This document shows positions 35,297 through 45,001 of a stretch of 64,000 nucleotides of DNA, piece by piece (positions within the stretch are counted from its first letter, which is position 1; each line of letters begins with the position of its first letter). This stretch comes from an uncultured Desulfovibrionaceae bacterium. GTDB lineage: Bacteria; Desulfobacterota; Desulfovibrionia; Desulfovibrionales; Desulfomicrobiaceae. The position numbers and the translations under genes were made by a program. Under the pieces are notes generated by a model. The model saw nothing but the letters and a program-made list of their open reading frames with translations. It did no database searches and was not told the origin of the DNA. The stretch lies in contig CAZYZA010000001.1 of the NCBI GenBank assembly GCA_964651415.1, positions 40,274 to 104,273 on the forward strand, written 5' to 3'.

Positions 35297-36481
35297 TCAT
35301 TTTCTCCTGTAAACCGTCGACATCTCGCGGATGCGGCTGATGGTGGGGGGAAGGTGCTCAAGCATGTAGTTGACGTCGTCCATGGTGTTTTCCCGGCCCA
35401 GGCTGATGCGGATGGAGCCGTGGGCGTTTTCCACGGGCACGCCCGTGGCCATGATGACGTGGGAGGGATCCAGCGAACCCGAGGCGCAGGCCGAACCCGT
35501 GGATACGGCGATTCCGGCCAGATCAAGATAGAGCAGGATGGCTTCACCCTCGGCCCCGGCAAAGGACACATTGAGGGTGCCTGCCAGGCAGTGTTCCGGA
35601 TGGCCCATGAAAAGCACGTCCGGGATGGCTGCGGCGATGCCGTCGCGCAAGGCTTTTTTCATCGCCAGCAGACGTTTTTCCTCCTCGGCCATTTCCAAAG
35701 CGCGCATTTCAACGGCTTTTCCCAGTCCCATGATGCCGAGGGAATTCTCCGTCCCGGCCCGGCGGCCCGATTCCTGATGTCCGCCCAGGATCAACGGGCA
35801 GTACGGAGTGCCCTTTTTGACGTACAGGGCCGCCACGCCTTTGGGGCCGTAGATCTTGTGTCCGGAAAGACTGAGGAAATCCACGTCCAGGTCGCGCACG
35901 TCGACCGGTATCTTGCCCACGGCCTGGACCGCGTCGGTATGGAAAAGAGCGCCGCGTTCATGGGTGATGCGCGCCGCTTCCCGGATGTCCTGAATGGTGC
36001 CGATTTCGTTGTTGGCCATCATGATGGAGACCAGGCCGATCTTGTCGGTCACCAATCGCCGCAGGTCGTCGAGGTCAATGCGCCCGTGCCTGTCGACGGC
36101 CATATAGACCACCTCGTGCTTGCTCCGGCCGAGATTGCGGGCCGTGTTCAGCACGCAGGGATGTTCGATGGCCGTGGTGACCAGACCGTGTCGACCGCTC
36201 AAGGCACAGGCGCAGGACGTGCTTTCGCAGCGCAGCAGCGACAAGACCGTGTTGTTGGCCTCGGATCCGCTGCCGACAAAAAGGATCTCGGCCGGAGAGG
36301 CGTTGATGAAGCCGGCCACGGACGAGCGTGCGTCCTCTATTTTTTCCCGGGCTTCGCGGCCGAAGCTGTGCATGCTTGAGGGATTGCCGAATATTTCAAG
36401 CCCCTCGATCATTGTTTTTTTGACCTCGGGGTGGAGTGGGGTGGTGGCGTTGTTGTCCAGATAGACTGTGCGGTGTTCCAT
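35297..36481 (-). CDS. nifS: Cysteine desulfurase NifS
   Basis: YLDNNATTPLHPEV, PLP-Lys block SLSGHKIYGPKG, and active-site GSACASGS. 394 aa. Confidence 0.9.
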   Translation of the reverse strand: MEHRTVYLDNNATTPLHPEVKKTMIEGLEIFGNPSSMHSFGREAREKIEDARSSVAGFINASPAEILFVGSGSEANNTVLSLLRCESTSCACALSGRHGLVTTAIEHPCVLNTARNLGRSKHEVVYMAVDRHGRIDLDDLRRLVTDKIGLVSIMMANNEIGTIQDIREAARITHERGALFHTDAVQAVGKIPVDVRDLDVDFLSLSGHKIYGPKGVAALYVKKGTPYCPLILGGHQESGRRAGTENSLGIMGLGKAVEMRALEMAEEEKRLLAMKKALRDGIAAAIPDVLFMGHPEHCLAGTLNVSFAGAEGEAILLYLDLAGIAVSTGSACASGSLDPSHVIMATGVPVENAHGSIRISLGRENTMDDVNYMLEHLPPTISRIREMSTVYRRK

Positions 36482-36538
36482 AAAAGCTCCTTTGTTCGCG
36501 AAATAACGATGAGACAGTAAGGTTTAATTCGGACCTGT

Positions 36539-37267
36539 CTACCCAGAAATACAATCTTGATCCATCTGATCGATGCTGTCCGCCCTCTGCCAGGCTTTGT
36601 CGGTCCAGGAATAGAGTTCGTGGGGTCTGAACCCGGCTTTGTAGGCCATTCGTCCGCACCCGGCCACAATGTAGCCCAGGTAGTAATAGGACAATCCCAG
36701 CCGCCGGGCTTCTTCGATCTCCCGCAGTGCGCCGAAAATGCCAAGGCTGAAATGGGAGAATTCCGGATCAAAAACAAAATAGACGGAACTCAGCGCCGTG
36801 GTGGCGCGATCCAGATATCCGGCCGCAATCAGCCGGCCGTCCAGTTCGTACCGGGCCAGCATCGTCGGGCAGGACGGGGAGTGCAGATTGGTCGCGAACT
36901 CTTCAAAACCGGGGTCCTGGTCAAAGCGCCGGCGGGAGTGGGTCCGGTACAGATCAAAAAGTCTGTCGCAGTAATGGATTGGTCCGAAGCCGACCCGGAC
37001 CTCCTGACATTTGCGCAGGACCCGTCGTTGGCTGCGGCTGGGAGAAAAACGGGTGACGTCCACTCGCAGCGGAGTGCAGGCCCTGCAGTCCGGGCAAGCC
37101 GGACGAAAAAAATACTGCCCGAACTTGCGCCACCCCCTGGCCAGAAACCACCCCAGTTCTCCCTGGTTCAATCCGTCGGCGAAAAAATATTCGTACACCA
37201 GATCCTGATCCGGAAGATACGGGCAGGCAATGGCCGGTGAGAGTTCGGGATGCTGATAGATGACCAT
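36539..37267 (-). CDS. bpt: Arginyl/leucyl-tRNA--protein transferase (ATE/Bpt family)
   Basis: CPYLPDQ...GWRKFGQYFFRPACPDCRACTPLRV...LSYYYLGY. Start is the ATG at 37267, or alternatively the TTG at 37303. Confidence 0.75.
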   Translation of the reverse strand: MVIYQHPELSPAIACPYLPDQDLVYEYFFADGLNQGELGWFLARGWRKFGQYFFRPACPDCRACTPLRVDVTRFSPSRSQRRVLRKCQEVRVGFGPIHYCDRLFDLYRTHSRRRFDQDPGFEEFATNLHSPSCPTMLARYELDGRLIAAGYLDRATTALSSVYFVFDPEFSHFSLGIFGALREIEEARRLGLSYYYLGYIVAGCGRMAYKAGFRPHELYSWTDKAWQRADSIDQMDQDCISG

Positions 37268-37321
37268 GGTTCGGCCCTGGTCCGGGCAGGGCGCCTGGAT
37301 CAAGACGCCCGTCCGGCCCGG

Positions 37322-38983
37322 TTAGCGGGTGGCCTTGGCCCATGAGTCGCGCAAGGTCACGGTCCGGTTGAAGACAAGGTTGTCTGATGAATGATCCAGA
37401 CGATCGGCGCAGAAGAAGCCCTGACGTTCGAACTGGAAGCGGCTTTCGGGCAGGGCCCTGGCCAGGCTTTCCTCCAACGGACAGGCGGTCAGCACTTCCA
37501 GGGACTGCGGGTTGACCTGAGTCAGGAAGTCCGCGTCTTTACCCGGTGCTTCGACCGTAAACAGCCGGTCGTAAAGACGGATTTCAGCACGGGCGCAGTG
37601 CCGGGCGCTGACCCAGTGCAGGGTGCCCTTGACTTTACGTCCGTCCGGAGCGTCGCCGCCGCGAGAGGCCGGATCGTACGAGCAGGTCACGGCCTGTATC
37701 CGGCCGTCGGCGTCCTTGATCACGCCCGTGCAGGTCACGAGGTACGCGCCGCGCAGGCGGACTTCGCGGCCGGGAGCCAGGCGGAAGAACTTGGAGCAGG
37801 GATTTTCCATGAAATCCGACTCTTCAATATAGATTTCGCGTGAGAATCCGACCTGACGGCTGCCCATGCCCGCGTTCTTGGGATGGTTGGCCAGCTCGAA
37901 AAATTCTTCCCGGCTTTCGGGATAGTTTTCGATGATCACTTTGATCGGGCGCAGCACGGCCATGGCGCGGGGCGCAGTGGCGTCCAGATCCTCGCGGACA
38001 CAGTTTTCCAGCAGGCTCATGTCCACGCAGCTGTCCGAACGGCTGACGCCGATGCGCTCACAGAAATCGCGCAGGGCCGCCGGGGGAAATCCCCGTCGTC
38101 GCAGGCCGGAGATGGTCGGCATACGGGGGTCGGACCAGCTGGTGACGACATTATGTTCAACCATGAGTTTAAGTTTGCGTTTGCTGGTGACCGTGTAGTT
38201 GATGTTCAGGCGGTTGAATTCATACTGCCGGGGCCGGGCCGGAACATCGAGCTGGTCCAGGATCCAGTCGTAGAGCGGCTTGTGGTCGGCGAACTCCAGG
38301 GTGCAGATGGAATGGGTGATGTGCTCCAGGGCGTCGGACAGGCCGTGGGCAAAATCGTACATGGGATAGATGCACCAGGCCTTGCCGGTGTTCTGGTGCT
38401 CCTGGTGCAGGATGCGGTACAGGGCCGGGTCGCGCATGTTCATGTTGGGCGAGGCCATGTCGATTTTGGCCCGCAGGATGTGACTGCCCTCCGGAAATTC
38501 CCCGGCGCGCATGCGGGCAAAGAGATCCAGGTTTTCCTCGACGCTGCGATCCCGGTAGGGACTGTTGACGCCGGGTTCGGTCAGGGTGCCCCGGTACCGG
38601 CGCACCTCTTCGGCCGGGAGGGAACAGACATAGGCCTTGTCCTGCCTGATCAGATCGACTGCAAATTGGTACAGTTGCTCGAAGTAGTCGGAGGCGTGGT
38701 AGAGATGTCCGCCCCAGTCAAAGCCGAGCCAGCGCACGTCCTCCTTGATGGACTCGACATAGACCGGGTCTTCCTTGCCGGGATTGGTGTCGTCGAAACG
38801 CAGGTGGCAGCGTCCGCCGTAGTCGCGGGCCAGTCCGAAATTGAGGCAGATGGACTTGGCGTGACCGATGTGCAGAAATCCGTTGGGTTCCGGAGGGAAA
38901 CGCGTGAAAACCCGGCCTTCGTTCAGGCCGTTTTTGAGGTCGTCTTCAATGATCTGGCGCAGAAAATTGGAAGGGCTATCCAT
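37322..38983 (-). CDS. glnS: Glutaminyl-tRNA synthetase
   Basis: [17 protein letters not shown] (HIGH), VTSKRKL (KMSKS-like), 553 aa, with GlnRS-type C-terminal beta-barrels. Confidence 0.93.
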   Translation of the reverse strand: MDSPSNFLRQIIEDDLKNGLNEGRVFTRFPPEPNGFLHIGHAKSICLNFGLARDYGGRCHLRFDDTNPGKEDPVYVESIKEDVRWLGFDWGGHLYHASDYFEQLYQFAVDLIRQDKAYVCSLPAEEVRRYRGTLTEPGVNSPYRDRSVEENLDLFARMRAGEFPEGSHILRAKIDMASPNMNMRDPALYRILHQEHQNTGKAWCIYPMYDFAHGLSDALEHITHSICTLEFADHKPLYDWILDQLDVPARPRQYEFNRLNINYTVTSKRKLKLMVEHNVVTSWSDPRMPTISGLRRRGFPPAALRDFCERIGVSRSDSCVDMSLLENCVREDLDATAPRAMAVLRPIKVIIENYPESREEFFELANHPKNAGMGSRQVGFSREIYIEESDFMENPCSKFFRLAPGREVRLRGAYLVTCTGVIKDADGRIQAVTCSYDPASRGGDAPDGRKVKGTLHWVSARHCARAEIRLYDRLFTVEAPGKDADFLTQVNPQSLEVLTACPLEESLARALPESRFQFERQGFFCADRLDHSSDNLVFNRTVTLRDSWAKATR

Positions 38984-38994
38984 ATATAAGTTCC

Positions 38995-39582
38995 TCAGCA
39001 GGTTGGGTCGAAAAATTGATCAGTCGGCATGCTTACGGCCAGGGGCCGGGGTTGGCAAGTCCGCTGCTCCAGATGGGCTCTCAGGGCGTCGCGGGTGCTG
39101 GGAAAGGCCAGCTTGTCCCAGGGAATTTCCTCCGGAGCGAACAGGGCCAGATCCTCGGTTTCCTCGCCGGCCTTGGGGTCGCCCCGGTCCAGGCGGGCAT
39201 GGTAGACAATGATGACCGGAGGCCAGCCCGGATAGGAGAAAACGCCGACCAGGCCGTCGAGTTGCACGTCCAGTTCGACTTCTTCGCGAATTTCCCGCAC
39301 GGCGGCCTGTTCGACCTGTTCGCCTTCGTCCACATAGCCGCCGGGCAGCAACCAGCGTTCGGAGTCGTCCGGACGCTTTCGGCGCAGCAGCAGGATTTTG
39401 CCGCCGATTTCCAGGATGACGCAGGCCACGACCTTGGGGTCAAGATAGACCACACCGCCACAACCCGAACAGACCAGACGCTGTGGTTCTTCGGGCCGCA
39501 ACGAGTGCAGCTCAAGGGGTGATCCACAGGCCGGGCAATAGCGGTAGCGGTCGTGACGGATGGGGCCGGTGTTGGTTTTCAT
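38995..39582 (-). CDS. NUDIX hydrolase with N-terminal zinc ribbon
   Basis: CPACGS...CSGCGG and Nudix box [24 protein letters not shown]. The ATG overlaps the upstream stop (ATGA). Confidence 0.85.
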   Translation of the reverse strand: MKTNTGPIRHDRYRYCPACGSPLELHSLRPEEPQRLVCSGCGGVVYLDPKVVACVILEIGGKILLLRRKRPDDSERWLLPGGYVDEGEQVEQAAVREIREEVELDVQLDGLVGVFSYPGWPPVIIVYHARLDRGDPKAGEETEDLALFAPEEIPWDKLAFPSTRDALRAHLEQRTCQPRPLAVSMPTDQFFDPTC

Positions 39583-40100
39583 GCGTAGACGTCTGTTTTG
39601 ACTTTGAAATCCTTCAGGCTTTCCCGGGGATGGGGCTTGGCTGTCCTGGCGGGGTGGCCGATACCGACAATGGACAACACGCGCAGGTTTGGCGGAATGT
39701 TCAAAATTTGGCGCACCTTGTCTTCGGCCAAGCTGCCGGATTCATGCTCGCGCATGCGGATCTGCACCCAGCAACTGCCCAGGCCAAGGCTCTCGCAGGT
39801 CAGTTGCAGGATGATGGTGGCGATGGAGCAGTCTTCAATCCAGGTATCGGCCGTGGATTCATTGCCAAGGACAACCACGCCCAGGGCCGCGTCGCCCAGA
39901 AAATGGGCACCGTGGGGTTTGACCCGGGCCAGGGCGGCCAGGCGGGTTTTATCGGTGACAAAGATGAACTCCCACGGATCCAGGCCGCGCGAGGACGGGG
40001 ATCGCAGCACGGCTTCCTTGAGCTGATCAACCAATTCCGGGGAGATGGGTTCCGAGGTGTAGTGCCGCGTACTGCGGCGACTGCGCAAAATATTGAGCAT
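39579..40100 (-). CDS. Nitroreductase family protein
   Basis: MLNILRSRRSTRHYTSEPIS...SSRGLDPWEFIFV; 173 aa. Confidence 0.8.
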   Translation of the reverse strand: MLNILRSRRSTRHYTSEPISPELVDQLKEAVLRSPSSRGLDPWEFIFVTDKTRLAALARVKPHGAHFLGDAALGVVVLGNESTADTWIEDCSIATIILQLTCESLGLGSCWVQIRMREHESGSLAEDKVRQILNIPPNLRVLSIVGIGHPARTAKPHPRESLKDFKVKTDVYA

Positions 40101-40232
40101 GAAGATTTCCGTGATGTTGGAGGTGACGTGCCTTGGCTAGATGGCGGTCTCATTTCAAGCGCCCTTGATCAGCCGCACGGGTTTCCGTATCAAAGCCCTT
40201 TGCAGGGAGCAATCTTGGGTTCCGGAGGACTG

Positions 40233-40676
40233 ATGGACGGACTGATTCTGATCTTGACACTGCTGGCCGGGTGTCTCATGCCGGTGCAGCCGGCGGTCAA
40301 CGCCGTGGTCGCGCAGTGGATGAGCAGCGCCTATCTGGCGGCCTTTTTTTCTTTTCTGACCGGAACCCTGGTGCTCGGCCTTGTTTGCGTGATCCTGCGC
40401 CTGCCCTGGCCCGACGGCCGCGTGCTGTCCGGGCTGCCCTGGTGGGCCTGGACCGCCGGACCCATGGGCGCGTTTTTCGTGACCATGACCATCCTGGCCA
40501 TTCCTCGGCTGGGCGCCATGACCGTCATGGCCCTGCTGGTGGCCGGGCAGATGGTCATGTCCATGATCATGGACCACTACGGCTGGCTCGGCATTCCGTC
40601 TCAACCAGTAAGCCCGGGTCGGATGCTCGGAGCCGTGCTCCTGCTGTCCGGCGTGGTCCTGATCCGAAAATTTTAG
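40233..40676 (+). CDS. Small DMT-superfamily membrane protein (DUF606/YdcZ-like)
   Basis: ATG at 40233 is preceded by GGAGGA. 147 aa, with ~5 TM helices. The ORF-track ORF 39483..40676 is a spurious upstream extension through the antisense nitroreductase gene. Confidence 0.7.
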   Translation: MDGLILILTLLAGCLMPVQPAVNAVVAQWMSSAYLAAFFSFLTGTLVLGLVCVILRLPWPDGRVLSGLPWWAWTAGPMGAFFVTMTILAIPRLGAMTVMALLVAGQMVMSMIMDHYGWLGIPSQPVSPGRMLGAVLLLSGVVLIRKF

Positions 40677-40686
40677 GAGGCTCGAC

Positions 40687-41031
40687 ATGAAAACCGCCTT
40701 ATTTGTCTTTAACAGGGATCCCCTGTGCTTCATCCATGTCATGTTCAACGCCCTGGACATGCATGGCCATGGCTACTTTGTGCGGGTGGTTTTGGAGGGC
40801 GCTTCGGTCCAGCTCGTCCCGATCCTGGATTCGCCCGAACATCCCCGGGCCAAACTATTTGCCAAGGTTCGACAAAAAAAATTGCTTGACGGGGCCTGCA
40901 GGGCCTGTTCGGTCAAGCTGGGTGTGGCCAAAGAGGTGGAAAGGGCCGGAGTGAACCTGATCGGCGACATGAGCGGGCATCCTTCCATGCGCGCATACTT
41001 GAACAGCGGATTTCAGGTCATCACTTTCTGA
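40687..41031 (+). CDS. Small cytoplasmic protein, possibly DsrE/DsrF-like fold
   Basis: 114 aa. MKTALFVFNRDP...GACRACS.... The family call is from memory only and is weak. Confidence 0.35.
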   Translation: MKTALFVFNRDPLCFIHVMFNALDMHGHGYFVRVVLEGASVQLVPILDSPEHPRAKLFAKVRQKKLLDGACRACSVKLGVAKEVERAGVNLIGDMSGHPSMRAYLNSGFQVITF

Positions 41032-41221
41032 ACAGCCACAGGGCGAGGCTGACGACGACGCTGACAATGATTCCGGTGGTCAGCGGAAAAAAGAACTTGA
41101 AGCCGGGCCGTTCAACGACGATATCGCCCGGCAATCGGCCCAGAGGCAGTTTGGCGAGCAGGGGCCAGGCCAGACCGACGACAATCACGGCCAGTCCGAT
41201 CAGAATCAGGGTGCGTTGCAT
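41021..41221 (-). CDS. DUF2905-like small membrane protein
   Basis: ATG at 41221 is preceded by CAGGAGG. MQRTLILIGLAVIVVGLAWPLLAKLPLGRLPGDIVVERPGFKFFFPLTT... matches the GRLPGDI pattern of this family. Confidence 0.6.
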   Translation of the reverse strand: MQRTLILIGLAVIVVGLAWPLLAKLPLGRLPGDIVVERPGFKFFFPLTTGIIVSVVVSLALWLFRK

Positions 41222-41284
41222 GACGACCTCCTGTCCGGTTCGTGGCAAAGACCGAGGCGTCTGGCAAGAAACTTGAGGAGCACT

Positions 41285-41809
41285 ATGATCATTCGAGTCG
41301 GATCATCCAATCCGGTCAAGCTGGCAGCCATTCGTGCCGTCATGGGCCCAAGGTTTCCCCGGGCTGTTTTTGAGCCCGTCAAGGTGGCTTCCGATGTGCC
41401 GGATCAGCCTCTGGGGCTGGACGAAACTTTGCGCGGGGCCAAAAATCGGGCCAGGGCCGCCTTTGCCCTGACTCCGTCGCCGTATCTGGCCGTGGCTCTG
41501 GAGTCGGGTCTGGTTCCTGTGCCCGAAACGCGCACCGGACATATGAATCTGACGGCCTGCGCCATTTTTGACGGCCGGGAAATCTACATGGGCCTGGGAC
41601 CGGCATTCGAACTGCCGGAAGACGTGACCCGGATGGTGGTTCACGAAGGTCTGGAGTTGGACCCGGCCGTGCACCGGGCCGGTCTGACCGACAACCAGCG
41701 TATCGGTTACAGCCAGGGCATCATCGGCATTTTGAGTCGGGGCCGGGTCACCCGCGAGGACTACAGCCGCCCGGCCGTGTCCATGGCCCTGGTCGGCATG
41801 GGATTGTAA
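41285..41809 (+). CDS. Inosine/xanthosine triphosphatase (YjjX / DUF84 NTPase)
   Basis: MIIRVGSSNPVKLAAIRAV...VASDVPDQPLGLDETLRGAKNRA. ATG at 41285 is preceded by GAGGAG. Confidence 0.72.
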   Translation: MIIRVGSSNPVKLAAIRAVMGPRFPRAVFEPVKVASDVPDQPLGLDETLRGAKNRARAAFALTPSPYLAVALESGLVPVPETRTGHMNLTACAIFDGREIYMGLGPAFELPEDVTRMVVHEGLELDPAVHRAGLTDNQRIGYSQGIIGILSRGRVTREDYSRPAVSMALVGMGL

Positions 41810-41833
41810 CACACAAACATATCGAGGGAAAAA

Positions 41834-42244
41834 ATGTCTCGTTCATATCTTGTCTACCGTTGCACCAAAGGCGAAGTCATCAAGAAACCCGAAGCCGTCA
41901 TTTCGCTTTGGGATGAAGATCTGCCGCGATTTTCGGAAATCCTGGACGAGGCCACGGCCAACCGTCCGGACAAGGCCCGAAAGGAGAACGAATATTGGGA
42001 AATCGTCACCAAGGATAAAGCCGATCCCTACGATTGGGAGAAAGTGGTCAAGCCCATCAAGAACAAAGACCACGATCCCCTGGGCGACATGTGGCGTGAG
42101 CGGGCCAAGATCGAAAAGCTCATGGCCGAGGGCGCGACGCTGGAGCAGGCGCTGCAGGTCATGACGCCTTTCAGCCACACCTTTCGCTATGAGTCGGAAA
42201 CCCCTAAGAATCTCATTCCAAACATGGATGATGTGAAATCCTGA
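41834..42244 (+). CDS. Hypothetical protein
   Basis: 136-aa ORF, charged and lysine-rich, in a coding-like context. No motif recognised. Confidence 0.45.
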   Translation: MSRSYLVYRCTKGEVIKKPEAVISLWDEDLPRFSEILDEATANRPDKARKENEYWEIVTKDKADPYDWEKVVKPIKNKDHDPLGDMWRERAKIEKLMAEGATLEQALQVMTPFSHTFRYESETPKNLIPNMDDVKS

Positions 42245-42290
42245 AACAGGGTTCTTCTGCCGCTTTCAAATGCACTATCAAGGAGGAGTC

Positions 42291-42701
42291 ATGACTACGA
42301 CGAGCACGGAATTGGAGGCGTTTGTCTCGGACTGGGCGGACTGTGACGCCAAAAAAGCATTTCAGATTTTTCATCAGGCCTTGGCCGGGCTTGACGGGGC
42401 GGCGCTTGGGTTCAAGGCCCGTCCGGGTATCACCTACTCCCTGCGCGGATCGCACCCGAGTCAGCAGGGACGGGATCTGTTCGCCATGATCGACGTCATT
42501 GACGATGATCCGGAGCAGCGATGGCTGTCCGTCTGTTTTTACGACGACATGGTCACGGACCCTGAAGATCAAGGCGACTGGGTGCCCCAGGGCCTTCTGG
42601 GCGAGGACGCCCGGTGTTTCAACGTGGATGAACTGGACGAGACTTTTGTCGCGTACGTGGTCGAACGGATTCGCGAAGCCGGAGCCAAAGCGGCAGCATA
42701 G
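42291..42701 (+). CDS. Hypothetical acidic protein
   Basis: ATG at 42291 is preceded by AAGGAGGAG. 136 aa. No motif recognised. Confidence 0.5.
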   Translation: MTTTSTELEAFVSDWADCDAKKAFQIFHQALAGLDGAALGFKARPGITYSLRGSHPSQQGRDLFAMIDVIDDDPEQRWLSVCFYDDMVTDPEDQGDWVPQGLLGEDARCFNVDELDETFVAYVVERIREAGAKAAA

Positions 42702-42756
42702 CTTTCACGCTTTCAGCCCCTGGGCGTTCCCATTAAATATGCGGAGGTAAATTGCT

Positions 42757-43266
42757 TTGCGACTGCACGGGGAAATATCCGAATGGCGTGATGACAGGGG
42801 ATTCGGTTTTATCACGCCTGTGGGCGGGGGCGGCCGAGTATTTGTCCATGTCAGTGCTTTTGATCGGGGAAAGAGGCCCCGGCAGGGTGATCAGGTCACC
42901 TATGAGGTTGTTTCAGATGGGCCGAAGGGGGCAAGAGCTGTGCAAGTGCGTTTTTCTGGCTCTGTAACCAGGAAGTCGTCAAGAGCAACAACTGGTCGAT
43001 GGGCGCTTCAGGCCGCCATGCTGGCATTGCTTGTGGGAGCCGGGATCCTGTATTCCCAACGGACTGGATTGAATTTGACGCCGGCAGCTTCAGGCTCTGT
43101 TCGAAACGAAGTGTCACAAGCGACTTTCAAATGCTCGGGGAAGCGAAAATGTTCGGAAATGACATCATGTGAAGAGGCGAAGTTTTATCTTGCGAACTGT
43201 CCGGGAGTGGAAATTGACGGCGATGGTGACGGTATTCCTTGTGAGTCGCAATGGTGCGGGTACTAA
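42757..43266 (+). CDS. Cold-shock-domain protein with a central TM helix and a C-terminal Excalibur Ca-binding domain
   Basis: TTG start 9 nt after GGAGG. The CSD reads GEISEWRDDRGFGFITP...VFVHVSAF. The TM helix is WALQAAMLALLVGAGILY. The Excalibur motif is CSEMTSCEEAKFYLANCPGVEIDGDGDGIPCESQWC. Confidence 0.75.
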   Translation: MRLHGEISEWRDDRGFGFITPVGGGGRVFVHVSAFDRGKRPRQGDQVTYEVVSDGPKGARAVQVRFSGSVTRKSSRATTGRWALQAAMLALLVGAGILYSQRTGLNLTPAASGSVRNEVSQATFKCSGKRKCSEMTSCEEAKFYLANCPGVEIDGDGDGIPCESQWCGY

Positions 43267-43299
43267 TGCCGTCATAACGATTTGAAGCTGGAGGACATC

Positions 43300-44259
43300 A
43301 TGGCGACCATTCTGGCGGCGGATATTGGCGGCACGAACAGCAGATTCGGCCTTTTTCAGACAGAAGACTGTCGGCAACCCCGGATGGTCGATTCCTGCTG
43401 CGTTTCCAGCAGCGAGGTCGGGTCTTTTGCCGAATTGCTGGATCGGGTCGAGGCTCTCGGCTTGCGTCTGTCGGACGCGGACCGGATTGTGCTGGCCGTG
43501 GCCGGCGTGGTGCAGAACGGCCTTTGCTGCCAGCTGACCAATGCAGCCTGGAGCATTGACCTGCGCCTGACTTCCAGCCGATTGCCGCAGGAGCGGACCA
43601 CGCTGATCAATGACTTTGTCGCCCAGGCTGTCGGCTGCGTATCACGGGCCGTCGCAAATTCCCTGTCGCCGGTCCAGAGTCCCGGGGACGTCCCCGGGGT
43701 TGTCGCCGTGGTCGGGGCCGGAACCGGTCTTGGGCATTGCGCCCTGGTTCCCCGGCCTGGAGGCGGATGCATGTCCATGCCCCTGCCGTCCGAGGGCGGA
43801 CATGCCCCGCTGGCCTGCATCACGGATCGTGAATTCGAATTTCAGAAGTTTCTGTGCCGGGAAACCGGGTATTCTCACCTTTTTGGGGATATCGTGGTTT
43901 CTGGCCGGGGATTGACGGCCATTCATCATTTTTTGACCGGTAAACGTCTGGCCCCAAGCGAAGTCGCGGCGGAGATCGGGCCGCAGAGCGAGACCACGGC
44001 CTGGTTCGCCCGTTTTTTTGCCCGGGCTTGCCGGGGATATGTGCTGCAGGTTCTGGCCGGCAGCCTGTATCTCTGCGGTGGCTTGGTCGCCAAAAATCCC
44101 TGGCTGGCGGCCAATGAGGACTTTGTGCGCGAATTCTGCGACTGTCCGGCGTACGAGCACCTGCTCTCGGCCATCCCCATCTCCGTGGTGACGCACGGGG
44201 AGGTTGGGTTGATCGGAGCCGCCATGTACGCCCAGATGTGCCTTGAACCCGCGATCTGA
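43300..44259 (+). CDS. glk: Glucokinase
   Basis: MATILAADIGGTNSRFGLF (ROK/glucokinase ATP-binding motif). 319 aa. ATG at 43300 is preceded by GGAGGA. Confidence 0.82.
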   Translation: MATILAADIGGTNSRFGLFQTEDCRQPRMVDSCCVSSSEVGSFAELLDRVEALGLRLSDADRIVLAVAGVVQNGLCCQLTNAAWSIDLRLTSSRLPQERTTLINDFVAQAVGCVSRAVANSLSPVQSPGDVPGVVAVVGAGTGLGHCALVPRPGGGCMSMPLPSEGGHAPLACITDREFEFQKFLCRETGYSHLFGDIVVSGRGLTAIHHFLTGKRLAPSEVAAEIGPQSETTAWFARFFARACRGYVLQVLAGSLYLCGGLVAKNPWLAANEDFVREFCDCPAYEHLLSAIPISVVTHGEVGLIGAAMYAQMCLEPAI

Positions 44260-44270
44260 GGCAGACGCGA

Positions 44271-44293
44271 GCCGGTCATCCGTCCGGACCGGC
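44271..44293. terminator. Hairpin between convergent glk and maf
   Basis: GCCGGTC-9 nt-GACCGGC, 12 nt after the glk stop, with no clear U-tract. Confidence 0.35.
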
Positions 44294-44347
44294 CGCGTCC
44301 TTCATTACTTGAAATTAAACGTGATCCTCTTTTTCCGTTCGAAGCGC

Positions 44348-45001
44348 TTAACCGTGCCCGCCCACAACGCATCGGGCCGGCGCGAAGCCTGACGCATCAG
44401 CTACTTCTATCGCCTGTATTTTCAACAAGATGTCAAGCACCGACCGCAACGGCAGCCCGACGACGTTGGTGTAGGACCCCTGCACCTCGTCGACCAGAAA
44501 CGCACCGATGCCCTGAATGCCGTAGGCTCCGGCCTTGTCCATGGGTTCACCAGTCGCCACATAGGCGCTGAGCATTTCCGGTGAATTCTGCGCCATGTGC
44601 ACCCGGGTGGTCACGGTCCGGCACTGAGTCAGTCCCTGGCGGGCCTGAATGAGGCAAAAGCCGGTCGTGACCTCGTGCCAGCGCCCGGTCAGAGACCGCA
44701 GCATGTTCAGGGCTTCCGCTTGCGTGGCTGGTTTGCCGAGGATGTGTCCGTCACGGACCACGATCGTGTCGGCGCTGATGACGACAGCGTCCGGATGCCG
44801 GCCTGCAATGTCGTGCCCCTTGATGCCGGCCATGCGGGCCGCGTAGGCGTCCGGCGTTTCGTCCGATTCCGGTTCAGGCTCCCTGACCGTGCTCGGGACG
44901 ACCTCGAAACACAGCCCTTGCCCGGCCAGCAGGGCCTGGCGGCGGGGCGAGGCAGAGGCCAGGACCAGAGGGCGGCAGGCTCGAAACGGCCCCGGACTCA
45001 T
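44348..45001 (-). CDS. maf: Maf-like nucleoside triphosphate pyrophosphatase
   Basis: LVLASASPRRQALL...DTIVV...GKP...AGAYGIQG...VVGLPL. ATG at 45001 overlaps the upstream stop (ATGA). Confidence 0.85.
   Translation of the reverse strand: MSPGPFRACRPLVLASASPRRQALLAGQGLCFEVVPSTVREPEPESDETPDAYAARMAGIKGHDIAGRHPDAVVISADTIVVRDGHILGKPATQAEALNMLRSLTGRWHEVTTGFCLIQARQGLTQCRTVTTRVHMAQNSPEMLSAYVATGEPMDKAGAYGIQGIGAFLVDEVQGSYTNVVGLPLRSVLDILLKIQAIEVADASGFAPARCVVGGHG

Noticed and set aside
39483-40232. Long upstream extension of the DUF606 transporter ORF (397 aa in total).
   Set aside because: The extension runs antisense through the nitroreductase gene. A GGAGGA-ATG at 40233 gives a compact 5-TM protein of typical size for the family.
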